A program made the translations under genes and the position numbers. From the IMG/VR virus record IMGVR_UViG_3300029305_001452, positions 32,001 to 96,000 of that record: a DNA stretch of 64,000 bases; one strand, 5' to 3'. Position 1 is the stretch's first letter; each line of letters starts with the position of its first letter. Source of the DNA: a virus (Duplodnaviria > Caudoviricetes). The notes under the pieces are model-generated. The model had not been told where the DNA came from. It did no database searches and worked only from the letters and a program-made list of their open reading frames with translations. This document shows, one piece after another, positions 39,695 through 49,946 of this stretch.

Positions 39695-42600
39695 TAATTA
39701 TCATAAGCATACAATGTATTCAAATTTACGTACACTAGATTGTATTTCAAAGCCGATTGACTATATCAATCGTGCAAAGGAACTTGGACATACTACATAT
39801 TTTACAACCGAGCATGGATACCAAAGTAATATTTTTGAAGCACATACTTTATGTAATGAACATGGTATTAAGTGTATTTATGGTGTAGAAGCATATTATG
39901 TTGATGATATTAATGATAAAACTTCTAGAGCAATGTATCATATTATACTTATTGCTATGACTGAAAATGCAAGAAAAGAAATTAATAAAATAATGTCAAC
40001 GGCAAATACCGATGGATATTATTATAAGCCTAGAATTGATTTAAATATGCTTTTATCATTAACTCCGACAGATACTGTTGTTACTACTGCTTGTGTAGCA
40101 GGCAGAATGTTTAAGGACGGATGGGAAGAAAGTTTTTTGAAGCCTGTTAAGAATCATTTTAAGGACAACTTTTTCTTAGAAGTACAAGCACATGTAGATA
40201 ATAAACAGAAAGAACATAATAGAAAAATTATTGACGCTCATAGAAAGTATGGAGTTGCAATAATTCATGCAAATGACTCACATTATATTTATCCTAATGA
40301 TTCTAAAAATAGAGATCTGTTTCTAAAAGCAAAAGGGATTGTATATGAGGAAGAGGGTGGTTTTTTGCTAGATTACCCTGATTCCGATGAAATTTTTAGA
40401 AGATATGAAGAGCAAGGAATTCTAACTAAGGAAGAAGTAACAGAAGCATTAAATAATACTTTGATTTTTGATAATTCAGAGGGCATTCATATTGATAAAG
40501 AATTTAAAATTCCTAAAATCACAGATGGTGATAGTAATAAAGTTCTTAGAAATTTAATCAATGAAGCATGGGCAAAAGAAAGAAATAATGTCCCAAAGGA
40601 AAGATGGAAAGAATATATTCAGCAGATTAAATATGAATATAAAATCATAGAAGATTGCGGAATGGCTGACTATTTTATTTTGGACCATTATATCGTAAAG
40701 AAAGCAGTTAATGAATATGATGCAATTCTGACTAGAAGCGGAAGAGGTAGTGCAGTTTCATTCTATGTCAATAAGCTTCTAGGTTTAACAGAAGTAGATA
40801 GAATTAGTGCACCTATCACACTATATCCCACTAGATTTATGTCTGCAGAACGTATTCTTTCGTCTAGATCACTACCGGATATTGACCTTAACTGGGCTGA
40901 TGTTACACCTGTTATTCAAGCAAGTAAAGATATTCTTGGTGAAGACGGTATTTATTATATGATTGCATATAAACCTCTTCAAGAATCTTCTGCATTCAGA
41001 CTTTGGTGTAAGGCTAACGATATGCATATTTCTGAATATGATGAAATTGCAAAAAATTTAGAAGAATATGAGAATCATCCAGATTGGAAACAGCTAATTG
41101 AAGATAGTAAAGTTTTCCGTGGTGTAGTAGAAAGTGTTGCACCGTCTCCTTGTTCTTTCTTGCTTTCAAATGATAAGATTTCAGAGATTGTCGGATTGGT
41201 TAAAGTTGGCGATGAAATTTGCTGCTGTCTTGATGGTTACAATTGCGATGTATATAAATATCTAAAGAATGACTATCTAACTGTTACAGTTTATAGAATT
41301 ATTGATGAAGTATATAAGTTAATTGGCAGACCTATTGATGATATTCCAACACTTATTAAAAATTGTGATGATAAAGTATGGGATTTATATGCAAATGGTC
41401 TTACAACTACTATCAATCAGGCGGATTCTGACTTTGATAAGCAAATTCTAAAGAGATATAAACCAAGAAACTTAGCAGAACTTTCCGCATATGTGGCTGC
41501 AATTCGTCCCGGTTTTGCATCGTTGCTTAATAATTTTGTTGAAAGACAGCCTTATACAACAGGAGTTAAGGATCTTGATGATATACTAGAAGATTCTTTC
41601 CATTATCTAATTTATCAGGAATCCATCATGAAGTATCTTGTTTGGTTAGGTATTGAGGAAAAGGGAACTTATGATATTATTAAGAAGATTGCAAAAAAGA
41701 AATTCAAGGAAGAAGAACTTAAAACACTAAAGACACAGCTTCTGGATGGTTGGGTCAAGAATGTTGGTAAGGAAGATGGATTTAATGAAACTTGGCAGGT
41801 TGTTGAAGATGCCGCACATTATTCATTCAATGCATCACACAGCCTATCTGTTGCAATTGATAGTCTTTATGGAGCATATTTAAAGGCTCATTATCCTTTG
41901 GAATATTTTACTGTTGCATTATCTTTATATAGTGGTGATATGAATAGAACTTCAAATCTTATTTCAGAAATGAGTCAACTTGGAATTGAATTAAAACCAA
42001 TTAAATTCCGACATTCAAACGCTAATTATAATATTGAAAAGGAAACTAACAGTATTTATAAAGGCGTAGGAGCAGTAAAATATTGCAATGAAGAAGTTGG
42101 AAATAGTCTTTATGATCTTAAAGATTGTAAATTCGATTCATTCTTAGAATTGTTAGAAATGTTTCCAGGAAACTCTCGACAACGTGAAATCCTAATTAAA
42201 CTAGGCTATTTTGAGGAGTTTGGCGGCACTCTAAAGCTACTTAAGCTTTGCGACCTATATGATCTTTACCATGGAAAAAAGTTGCTTAAAAAGGACAAGA
42301 TTGGCTTACCACTGGATTTAGTTCAAAAGTATGCTGTTTCTGAAACTGCAAAGCAATTTAAGTTTGATAAAGAAAGTATGGATAATCTTCTTCGTGAATT
42401 CGCAAAAATGATACCAGACGGTGAAATTCCTCTTCGTACTAGATTGGAATCAGAGGCTGAATATCTTGGATATATTTCATATACAAATCCTAAGTTTGAA
42501 AATACTGGATTTGTACTTGGAGTAGATACAAAATACAGCCCAAAGATTACTGTATATCATTTGGACACTGGTGTTACTACGACGTACAAACTAAGTAAAG

Positions 42601-42755
42601 TTGCATATCAGAAAAATCCTTTTGATAAAGGACAAATTATTAAATTCTATTCGCAGGATAAGCCTAAGTCAAAGTTAGTTGATGGTGAGTGGGTAAAGAC
42701 TTCTGAAACAGAGAAATGGATTTCTAACTTTATTATTAAACAGACAGACTTGTAA
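39681..42755 (+). CDS. dnaE: DNA polymerase III alpha subunit (DnaE-type)
   Basis: PHP domain (HKHT, EHG, NDSHY), GRGSA, PDID and FNASH motifs. Confidence 0.93.
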   Translation: MMRYNNYHKHTMYSNLRTLDCISKPIDYINRAKELGHTTYFTTEHGYQSNIFEAHTLCNEHGIKCIYGVEAYYVDDINDKTSRAMYHIILIAMTENARKEINKIMSTANTDGYYYKPRIDLNMLLSLTPTDTVVTTACVAGRMFKDGWEESFLKPVKNHFKDNFFLEVQAHVDNKQKEHNRKIIDAHRKYGVAIIHANDSHYIYPNDSKNRDLFLKAKGIVYEEEGGFLLDYPDSDEIFRRYEEQGILTKEEVTEALNNTLIFDNSEGIHIDKEFKIPKITDGDSNKVLRNLINEAWAKERNNVPKERWKEYIQQIKYEYKIIEDCGMADYFILDHYIVKKAVNEYDAILTRSGRGSAVSFYVNKLLGLTEVDRISAPITLYPTRFMSAERILSSRSLPDIDLNWADVTPVIQASKDILGEDGIYYMIAYKPLQESSAFRLWCKANDMHISEYDEIAKNLEEYENHPDWKQLIEDSKVFRGVVESVAPSPCSFLLSNDKISEIVGLVKVGDEICCCLDGYNCDVYKYLKNDYLTVTVYRIIDEVYKLIGRPIDDIPTLIKNCDDKVWDLYANGLTTTINQADSDFDKQILKRYKPRNLAELSAYVAAIRPGFASLLNNFVERQPYTTGVKDLDDILEDSFHYLIYQESIMKYLVWLGIEEKGTYDIIKKIAKKKFKEEELKTLKTQLLDGWVKNVGKEDGFNETWQVVEDAAHYSFNASHSLSVAIDSLYGAYLKAHYPLEYFTVALSLYSGDMNRTSNLISEMSQLGIELKPIKFRHSNANYNIEKETNSIYKGVGAVKYCNEEVGNSLYDLKDCKFDSFLELLEMFPGNSRQREILIKLGYFEEFGGTLKLLKLCDLYDLYHGKKLLKKDKIGLPLDLVQKYAVSETAKQFKFDKESMDNLLREFAKMIPDGEIPLRTRLESEAEYLGYISYTNPKFENTGFVLGVDTKYSPKITVYHLDTGVTTTYKLSKVAYQKNPFDKGQIIKFYSQDKPKSKLVDGEWVKTSETEKWISNFIIKQTDL

Positions 42756-42766
42756 AAAATAACTAG

Positions 42767-42799
42767 TTAGGCAGAGTGATATTTGGTCATTCTGCCTAA
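42767..42799 (+). terminator. hairpin after dnaE
   Basis: TTAGGCAGAGTGA/TCATTCTGCCTAA. Confidence 0.6.
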
Positions 42800-42862
42800 T
42801 TGACATTTGGAAAATATTTGTTATAATGACAGTACAAAATTAATAACAAAGGGGTTATTTAT

Positions 42863-43222
42863 ATGGAACTAATGGAAGGTTTGACTTTGTTGAGTACTAG
42901 TACTACAAAAAATGATAGTATATTTTTTACAGTAGTACTATGTGTTATGTGTGCAATACTATTTATATTAGGCGTTATTATGTTTGTTGGTACAGTTAAA
43001 GTGTTTCAATGTTATGACAGTGTTAATGGCGTTTTCGGAATCTTTTTTACTGTTATAGCATTTATTGTTTCAATTGTTGGTTTCAATGTTGCTTTTACTC
43101 CATCGGAAACAACATATAAGGTCATTATTGATGAATCAGTTTCAATGGTAGAATTTAATGAGCGATATGAAATTCTTGACCAGGATGGATTAATTTATGA
43201 GATTGTTGAAAAGGAAAAGTAA
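42863..43222 (+). CDS. membrane protein
   Basis: two transmembrane segments. Confidence 0.7.
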   Translation: MELMEGLTLLSTSTTKNDSIFFTVVLCVMCAILFILGVIMFVGTVKVFQCYDSVNGVFGIFFTVIAFIVSIVGFNVAFTPSETTYKVIIDESVSMVEFNERYEILDQDGLIYEIVEKEK

Positions 43223-43461
43223 CGGAATATAAATATAAGAAAGGTACATAAATTATGAAACTTAATAAAGGACAACTTATTATTGATGTATCTGGTATAG
43301 ATCAGAATAGTTATGAAGCATTGGTATCTTTTGCAGAAGACAATAAACATCTTCCGATTGGCAAGCTTGTAAGTGAATGGATTGATTATGTTGCGTGGGA
43401 TGTTGCAGCTTGGTATATCGGTGACGACGTGTAATAAATTGTAGGAGGTTGAAACTGTATT

Positions 43462-43719
43462 ATGAATAGTTTTACAAAAGAACCGTTGCATATTGATGAC
43501 GTTGTGGTTTATCTAAAGAATGAAAGAACTGGTAGCAGCACCATTAGAAAGTGTAAATTTATTGGACATATTACTGGTTTTACTGATACCAAAGTTAATA
43601 TTAATAGACTATCTCCGCCAGATAAGTTTGTACATCCAGATGAAATCCAAAGTCTTGGAACCGATACTGTTTGTCCAGATGATGTTGTGAATATTATAAT
43701 CAGTAAATATGGCGAATAA
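43462..43719 (+). CDS. hypothetical protein
   Basis: AGGAGG RBS; stop codon lies in a cassette site. Confidence 0.7.
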   Translation: MNSFTKEPLHIDDVVVYLKNERTGSSTIRKCKFIGHITGFTDTKVNINRLSPPDKFVHPDEIQSLGTDTVCPDDVVNIIISKYGE

Positions 43720-43736
43720 AAATAAAATTTTCAGAG

Positions 43737-44048
43737 GTGATGGTTATGTATTTTATTACTGTTTTTGACAAAGTTGAACCAAGTGATGTATTTTACGCCG
43801 AATTTGGCGATCGTAGAACTTGGGGATATTATCCAGAGTATGAAATGGCAATGAACGCTCTTCACGAAAATCGGACAGATATGCACGAAGGTTGCTATGA
43901 GTATGCCGTAATTGAAAACATTGGACCCGGCATTTGTGCTTATGCAGGAGAAAGACAATGGTTCAAATGGGATAAAGAGAAGCGTGGATATTTTGAGATC
44001 GAAGAACCGGAATGTGTAAAACATTTTGTGAATTTTGCAATTGGGTAA
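43737..44048 (+). CDS. hypothetical phage protein
   Basis: flanked by cassette sites. Confidence 0.7.
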   Translation: MMVMYFITVFDKVEPSDVFYAEFGDRRTWGYYPEYEMAMNALHENRTDMHEGCYEYAVIENIGPGICAYAGERQWFKWDKEKRGYFEIEEPECVKHFVNFAIG

Positions 44049-44076
44049 AGTAAAATTTTAAACGGAGGATTTAAAA

Positions 44077-44514
44077 ATGGATAAAGTAATGGAATTGCTA
44101 GAGCAGTTGGCGAACAGTTTAGGCGTAGCGGTCGAATATTTGTGGACAACATTGGTAAAGCAACAGTATGTAGAAGGTGTAACAAATCTTACAATGGCTG
44201 CTATTGGAATTATTGCAACAATTGCACTGTTGATTTGCGTTCCTAGAGCTACAAAGTTCTTCATCAATCAACATAAAGAGTTGGCAGAAGACAGAAGAAA
44301 AAATGGAACTGGATGGCATGGGAGTTATAGTGTGTCTAGTATGAGAGAAGATTTTTGTAATTCTATGAAGTTTGTAGTTCCAATTGTTGGTTTTGTGGTT
44401 ATTTTTGTTATTATTATTTGCGTTGTAAGCAATGTTAAATTTGGAATCCAGCAGTTACTTAACCCAGATTACTTTGCACTTAAAGAAGTGTTAGACACAA
44501 TTAGTGGTTCGTAA
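44077..44514 (+). CDS. membrane protein
   Basis: LGVAVEYLW..LVKQ motif; two TM segments; NPDYFAL. Confidence 0.75.
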   Translation: MDKVMELLEQLANSLGVAVEYLWTTLVKQQYVEGVTNLTMAAIGIIATIALLICVPRATKFFINQHKELAEDRRKNGTGWHGSYSVSSMREDFCNSMKFVVPIVGFVVIFVIIICVVSNVKFGIQQLLNPDYFALKEVLDTISGS

Positions 44515-44551
44515 AGTAACGATTAAAAGTAAAGTTTTAAGTGGTGATTAT

Positions 44552-44848
44552 ATGAGCTATTATTGTACAAAAGAAATGAAAGCTTGCGAGTTTGCAAATG
44601 TATACGGGCATTGCAATGTAACAGCTTGTACAAAAATCAATAGAAATAATATGCAGTTTCTAGACACTTCTATATCTTACAACAAAACTTTTGAAGAAGA
44701 ACTAGAAGAAAAAAGAAAAGTTGCGATTGCAGAGGGATATTTGGAAGGTTTGGGTGTAAAAATTAAAACGGATATGTATGGATATTATAGAAATACATGG
44801 GATATTCTACTGGATTTAGGAGAATATCTTTCTAAGAATAACACATAA
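44552..44848 (+). CDS. hypothetical protein
   Basis: ATG after a cassette site and GGTG RBS. Confidence 0.65.
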   Translation: MSYYCTKEMKACEFANVYGHCNVTACTKINRNNMQFLDTSISYNKTFEEELEEKRKVAIAEGYLEGLGVKIKTDMYGYYRNTWDILLDLGEYLSKNNT

Positions 44849-44866
44849 AAGCAGAGTTTTAAGGGG

Positions 44867-45160
44867 TTGTATGATATGAAGAATAAATTAATTGTATTAT
44901 TAACAATATTTATTTTGATATTTTCATTGGTTGGATGTGCAACAACATATCAAGAAGCAACTGGTAAAAATGATGAAGAAGATTTTTGTAATGGATACTT
45001 CACAGTTATTACTAAGTGGGATGATGATGCTGGGACATATAGAATTGTGTATGCAAATGATACAAAAGTAAAGTATATAACAATTAGTAGTGGATATAAA
45101 TTTGGTATTAGTCCACTCTATAATACAGATGGAACATTACAAATTTATTATGGCGAATAA
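44867..45160 (+). CDS. predicted lipoprotein
   Basis: signal peptide with LVGC lipobox; TKVKY...PLYNTDG motif. Confidence 0.7.
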   Translation: MYDMKNKLIVLLTIFILIFSLVGCATTYQEATGKNDEEDFCNGYFTVITKWDDDAGTYRIVYANDTKVKYITISSGYKFGISPLYNTDGTLQIYYGE

Positions 45161-45192
45161 GCATATAAAAGAAGATTTTTAAGAGGTAACTT

Positions 45193-45567
45193 ATGAGTGT
45201 TCGTATTGATGGAAGATATTATTATTCTCCGTGTGATGAATGTAAGACTGAATGGTGCTTTTCGTGCACGCTGTCAAAGTATAAAGAAGATTTACGAAAA
45301 GAACAAGAAAGAAGAGCCTTTGCTGAATCTCGTATTGAAAGAGAACTAGAACCTCGCCTTAAAGCAGAATATAGTGCATATGATCGTTATGTTTTAACTG
45401 ATCGTTCTTTAGAATGGTGTGATACGTTTGATTGCCGTGTAAACGAATTGGTTGAAATGTTTGAGGAAGATTTTGATTGGTCTCAGTTCGATTTTGACGG
45501 TGATGATATTACCAGTAAAGTCGCAAAACTAATATATGAAACAGTAAAGGATGAAAATAATGATTAA
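45193..45567 (+). CDS. hypothetical protein
   Basis: AGAGGT RBS after a cassette site. Confidence 0.7.
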   Translation: MSVRIDGRYYYSPCDECKTEWCFSCTLSKYKEDLRKEQERRAFAESRIERELEPRLKAEYSAYDRYVLTDRSLEWCDTFDCRVNELVEMFEEDFDWSQFDFDGDDITSKVAKLIYETVKDENND

Positions 45568-45883
45568 TTCAATTATAGAACATATCTACGAGGCATATAG
45601 AGAGGCTATACGCCTTGGCATCGAGGTCAATACAGTAGCCATTAATGATAGGTTGTATTATACTAAGTTGTCCAGTGATTGTGGTGATATTCCTATGGTA
45701 TGTGGTCTAAAATGTGTATATACCAACGAACTCCCAGATGATACTATGTTTGCGGTATTTAAGGCTGATCGTACAGTACGAACTAAAGATGAAATGATTG
45801 CAGACTTGCAAGATAGAAACAGAGAGCTTGTAAATGAGCTTAATAGAGTTTATGAAATTATCGGAAATATGATAGATGGGTGA
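45551..45883 (+). CDS. hypothetical protein
   Basis: coupled ORF. Confidence 0.65.
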   Translation: MKIMINSIIEHIYEAYREAIRLGIEVNTVAINDRLYYTKLSSDCGDIPMVCGLKCVYTNELPDDTMFAVFKADRTVRTKDEMIADLQDRNRELVNELNRVYEIIGNMIDG

Positions 45884-46212
45884 TATATATGGCACGGTGC
45901 TATCAAAATTGTAAACATAATTGGTGTAATGTGGTTTGTAGAAAGTACGATGAATCCATATTAACTTCTCGCCATCCTTTACATTACGGTTTACTTCTTC
46001 ATCCACTTGAATATTTGTCCATATATTATGATTATAGAAAGAAAGATATTCAACACCTAATTGACATTGTAGATAAATTTTCAGATGATGATGCTTCAAA
46101 AAACATTGTCAAGAAGTATAAACAAAATGGCTATATTTCTTTTAAGCAAAGAAAGTTATTGATATATAGGTTATTAAATTGTTGTTATGAGGGCAAAGAA
46201 CATGGATGGTAA
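45880..46212 (+). CDS. hypothetical protein
   Basis: coupled ORF. Confidence 0.6.
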   Translation: MIYMARCYQNCKHNWCNVVCRKYDESILTSRHPLHYGLLLHPLEYLSIYYDYRKKDIQHLIDIVDKFSDDDASKNIVKKYKQNGYISFKQRKLLIYRLLNCCYEGKEHGW

Positions 46213-46326
46213 GATTAATAAATTAATTGAAATTATTGAGTTTATTGTTGATGTTGATCATGGAATCAAACAAGAACATGCCAATATGATTTATAAAATG
46301 CTAAATGAATTAAAGGAGTATGACTA

Positions 46327-46722
46327 ATGGGACTTGACAATGGCTTAGTATGTTATAACATTAAAAGAGAAGATATCCCATTTTGGGTAAAACTACCGTT
46401 GGATTGGAATGAAAATTTTAATAATTTTAAATTAATATACTTTCGTAAACATTGGGGTATTCGTGGCGAAATCTTAGCAAAGTTGCATTGTGCAGATAAT
46501 AATGATAGTCGTACGCCTATTGATGCCGAAGATATTATTCCTATTGTAAAAATCCTTATGAAATATCTAGATAAGGAATATTACGAATATAATGCAGATT
46601 CTATTTGGGAATATAATGAAGCATATGATAATATTCAGCAGAGTATTATTAACTTAATGTGGCTAAAAATACATATGGAATCAAATCCTAATGTAAAGTG
46701 CTATTTTTACGATTCTTGGTGA
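46327..46722 (+). CDS. phage protein (MGLD...YFRK...YDSW family)
   Basis: terminal motifs common in phage proteins; AAGGAG RBS. Confidence 0.75.
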   Translation: MGLDNGLVCYNIKREDIPFWVKLPLDWNENFNNFKLIYFRKHWGIRGEILAKLHCADNNDSRTPIDAEDIIPIVKILMKYLDKEYYEYNADSIWEYNEAYDNIQQSIINLMWLKIHMESNPNVKCYFYDSW

Positions 46723-46731
46723 GGTGATTAT

Positions 46732-46977
46732 ATGAATCGGCACATTTTTGAGGTTAATGCAGTTCAACGTCTCGGAGATCAAATTGGATATGGACATCTT
46801 ATGTGGTTGGCCTCTGCTTTATGGCGTAGAAAGCTTGTAAAGGACTGGGGAGAAGGTCACGAAAAGGGAGCGTTCTTGCCAACGGTTAGTGTTTTGTTAA
46901 ATGAAGAGGGATTGGATATTTTTCAGCAGCAAATTGGTATTTATGATGAAATTGTTGCAGATGTGTTAGATAAGTGA
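46732..46977 (+). CDS. hypothetical protein
   Basis: GAGGTG RBS. Confidence 0.7.
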   Translation: MNRHIFEVNAVQRLGDQIGYGHLMWLASALWRRKLVKDWGEGHEKGAFLPTVSVLLNEEGLDIFQQQIGIYDEIVADVLDK

Positions 46978-46994
46978 AGTTTTAAGAGGTAAAT

Positions 46995-47306
46995 ATGTTT
47001 ATTAGCAAAGATGAATATTATGATCTTCTTGATTGTAAAGAAATTAATACAAAGCTAGAAGAAGAAATCAAAAGATTAGAATATATGTTAAACACAAGAG
47101 ATAAGAGTTGTAAGGTTGGTCCATGGTGTAAAAATTGTGGTCATTGGGTTGAAGATGAATCTGTAATTACAAGTAGCATTATTAATGAATATACCTTAGA
47201 AGACGCATATTATGGAGTACCGATTCCAAAGAAAATTGGTGGTAAAGTAGGATATTGTAATAAATATATTCATACTTTATGCCCTGATTTTACATTAAAA
47301 GTTTAG
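46995..47306 (+). CDS. hypothetical protein
   Basis: flanked by cassette-like sites. Confidence 0.7.
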   Translation: MFISKDEYYDLLDCKEINTKLEEEIKRLEYMLNTRDKSCKVGPWCKNCGHWVEDESVITSSIINEYTLEDAYYGVPIPKKIGGKVGYCNKYIHTLCPDFTLKV

Positions 47307-47314
47307 TTTTAGAG

Positions 47315-47863
47315 GTGAAAATAGTGGCTGATGTTAACGTAGAAATGTTAAAGGAGAAGCTTTATAAGGTTGCTAGTGCATTGTTTCGTATTAGTGAAAC
47401 TTGTGTAGAAGTGAGTAAACAGCACATAAGTGAAAAAGATGCTTTAAATAAGATCCGTGGATATTTAAATGATTCCGATATGTGGTCTAAGTTGAAAGTA
47501 GATAAACTAATTGGCGAGTGTATGGAGCCACAGATTTATAATACTTTTGAAGAGTATCAAGATGAATGGTTAAAAAAATCTTTGGGTAAATGGGTTGGAC
47601 TAGAACCTCTGGAAATTAATTACCCAGATTGTTGTGATGAATGTTCAAACAACCCTAAGAACGGTGGTTCTGGAATTTGTAATTGCACATTGCCGTATAT
47701 GCAGAACCCTACTATGTATAGCAACGGAGATTCTTGTATGGCAAATAATATTAACGGCAATGTTTATTTTGTAAAAGATTTAGATACTCTGAAAGAACAT
47801 AAAGCAAGTTCTGATAGAATTGCAGAAGCCGTTGAGAGAACTAAGAAATATGAGAGGAAATAA
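47315..47863 (+). CDS. hypothetical protein
   Basis: CSNNPKNGGSGICNCTL motif. Confidence 0.7.
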   Translation: MKIVADVNVEMLKEKLYKVASALFRISETCVEVSKQHISEKDALNKIRGYLNDSDMWSKLKVDKLIGECMEPQIYNTFEEYQDEWLKKSLGKWVGLEPLEINYPDCCDECSNNPKNGGSGICNCTLPYMQNPTMYSNGDSCMANNINGNVYFVKDLDTLKEHKASSDRIAEAVERTKKYERK

Positions 47864-47865
47864 CT

Positions 47866-48120
47866 ATGATTAACACTTGTGTATATTGTGGAGACATTAT
47901 TCCAAAAGGAATGGAAACATGTCCTATATGCTTTAATCGTGGAGTAGTATGTCCTAAGTGTGGCGATACATTGGAAGTTATGGATACTTCTAATTGTATC
48001 ATCGATGATAAACTTACTTTATGTACCCTATATCATTGTAATAGCTGCCATTTAGATTGGGAACGAGAAGCTAATTATATTGGCGAGCCTGTAAAGTTTA
48101 CTAGAAAGTTTTGGGGATAA
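47866..48120 (+). CDS. Zn-ribbon protein
   Basis: four CxxC motifs. Confidence 0.7.
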   Translation: MINTCVYCGDIIPKGMETCPICFNRGVVCPKCGDTLEVMDTSNCIIDDKLTLCTLYHCNSCHLDWEREANYIGEPVKFTRKFWG

Positions 48121-48132
48121 GGAGGTGTAGGT

Positions 48133-48918
48133 ATGCCTAAGTTATTTTGTGTATCTGATATACACGGATTTTATGACGAAACGAAAACGGCACTTGATAA
48201 TGCCGGATTTGACCCAAATAATGAAGATCATTGGCTTATTGTGTGTGGTGATGTATGGGATCGTGGTAGTCAGCCAGTAGAAATTATGAGATATTTACAG
48301 AGTTTGCCTAGAAAGGTACTTGTAAAGGGTAATCACGAAAGTTTGTTGCAAGATTTGTGTGATAGAGGATATCCAGGCTCTCATGACTATTCTAACGGCA
48401 CTTTTGATACAGTATGTGAGTTTGGTAATGCAGCAGAGGGCAATAGCTTTGACGAGTGTTGTCTAATTGCATATCAAAGAACCAAGAATTTTATCGATGG
48501 TATGGTAAATTATTTTGAAACCAAGAATTATATCTTTGTACATGGTTGGATTCCGGTGGTAAGTAAGGACGGGCTACCTATGTATTATAGGAATAACAGA
48601 AAGTTTGAGTTCTATCCTAGTTGGCGTTATGCTCATGCTGGTGAGTGGGATCAGGCTAGATGGTTAAATGGCATGGATATGGCTAGAAAAGGCTTTGTAG
48701 AGCCCGGGAAGACTATTGTGTGTGGGCACTGGCATTGTAGCTATGGACATATGCTGGATTCTATTAAGACAGATAATTGGATTGAGGAGTTTGGAGAAAC
48801 TGCTATTTGGGAGCCATATTATGCCGATGGCGTGATTGCTATTGACAGATGCACTGCTTATACTGGAAGGGTCAATGTTCTTGTTTTAGAAGACGATTTT
48901 CTTGAAAATACCCCTTGA
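48133..48918 (+). CDS. calcineurin-like metallophosphoesterase
   Basis: SDIHG, GDVWDRG, GNHE, VHG and GHWH motifs. Confidence 0.9.
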   Translation: MPKLFCVSDIHGFYDETKTALDNAGFDPNNEDHWLIVCGDVWDRGSQPVEIMRYLQSLPRKVLVKGNHESLLQDLCDRGYPGSHDYSNGTFDTVCEFGNAAEGNSFDECCLIAYQRTKNFIDGMVNYFETKNYIFVHGWIPVVSKDGLPMYYRNNRKFEFYPSWRYAHAGEWDQARWLNGMDMARKGFVEPGKTIVCGHWHCSYGHMLDSIKTDNWIEEFGETAIWEPYYADGVIAIDRCTAYTGRVNVLVLEDDFLENTP

Positions 48919-48990
48919 CAAAATAGAAATAATATGCTATAATACCCACAGTTCAAAAAGAACACAACAAAATTAATTAAGGAGTTAATT

Positions 48991-49317
48991 ATGAGTAGGA
49001 ACTATTTCGCAATCGAGTGTAATCAGCAGTATTGGGAACATGTAGTACTCAAGGACAAAGATGGCAACGTTAAGTTCGAGGATTATCTGAATAAGACTTA
49101 TAATGAAATGAAGTCCAGTGAGGATCTTGAAGAGTTTGTAGTTGCTATTATGAATGCTGCAAATGGCGATGAAAACAACAATGCTATTATTACCCTTGTT
49201 GGCGAAGATGGTGTTTTTATTTGGGGAATCATCATTGGCCCCGGAGAAGAAGATAGCGTTAGATATGTACTTGTAGATTGGAAAAAAGATGGCAAGAATT
49301 ATCGATATGAATCTTGA
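48991..49317 (+). CDS. hypothetical protein
   Basis: own promoter at 48915-48943; AAGGAG RBS. Confidence 0.7.
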   Translation: MSRNYFAIECNQQYWEHVVLKDKDGNVKFEDYLNKTYNEMKSSEDLEEFVVAIMNAANGDENNNAIITLVGEDGVFIWGIIIGPGEEDSVRYVLVDWKKDGKNYRYES

Positions 49318-49351
49318 GGGGCTTGACAAATTGAAAAAAGTATGATATAAT

Positions 49352-49729
49352 ATGCACATAATAAACGATACAAAATTAATGAAAGGAACAAAAAAGATGA
49401 TTAAGTATTTCGTGAATAAGGATGAGCGGAAGGTCGTTGCTGTACTAGAAAACACCAGATGGGATGCTTTTAATAAGATCTGTAAGATGACCAGAGACAC
49501 TGACTTCTGTGTTGTACCTAAGGACAAGTACATGATGCACAATGCATATCGAGCCGTAGTTACATGTGATGAGAGAGATGAGTTCAATGAAGAGGTCGGC
49601 AAGAGATATGCAAGAGAACGTGTACTGGAGCATTATTATGCAGCGCTTGATAAGCGTGTAGATGAGTTTAGAGCTTCTGTTTTGGTGATGAATGGCAAGG
49701 TTTTTGAGACACCTGAAATTGTTGAATAA
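49352..49729 (+). CDS. hypothetical phage protein (true start probably MIKYF)
   Basis: promoter at 49323-49351; C...DEFNEEVGK..A motif. Confidence 0.7.
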   Translation: MHIINDTKLMKGTKKMIKYFVNKDERKVVAVLENTRWDAFNKICKMTRDTDFCVVPKDKYMMHNAYRAVVTCDERDEFNEEVGKRYARERVLEHYYAALDKRVDEFRASVLVMNGKVFETPEIVE

Positions 49730-49734
49730 GGTAC

Positions 49735-49763
49735 TTGACAAATCAAAAGTTTTGTGATATAAT
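49735..49763 (+). promoter_or_regulatory. sigma-A promoter of the tRNA cluster
   Basis: TTGACA-N17-TATAAT; 17-bp motif at 49767. Confidence 0.8.
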
Positions 49764-49848
49764 CCTAACAGTTCAAAATTAATGGAAAGCAACATTGTTT
49801 GAGGGTTGCTGAAGTCGGCAAGTGAGGTTCTGTGTTGACAAATAATTT

Positions 49849-49943
49849 CCACGTATAGCTCAATTGGTAGAGCGACGGATTTATGCTCCGTTTGGCACCA
49901 GATTAGTGCGAGGTTCTGGGTTCGACTCCTAGTACGTGGACCA
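49849..49943 (+). tRNA. tRNA-Ile(UAU) with long variable arm
   Basis: CCACGTA/TACGTGG acceptor; ACGGA-TTTATGC-TCCGT anticodon arm; TTCGA; CCA. Confidence 0.8.
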
Positions 49944-49946
49944 AAT

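Noticed and set aside
39681-42755. Intein or intron in dnaE or dnaB
   Set aside because: Lengths are normal, frames are continuous and no intein splice motifs were seen.
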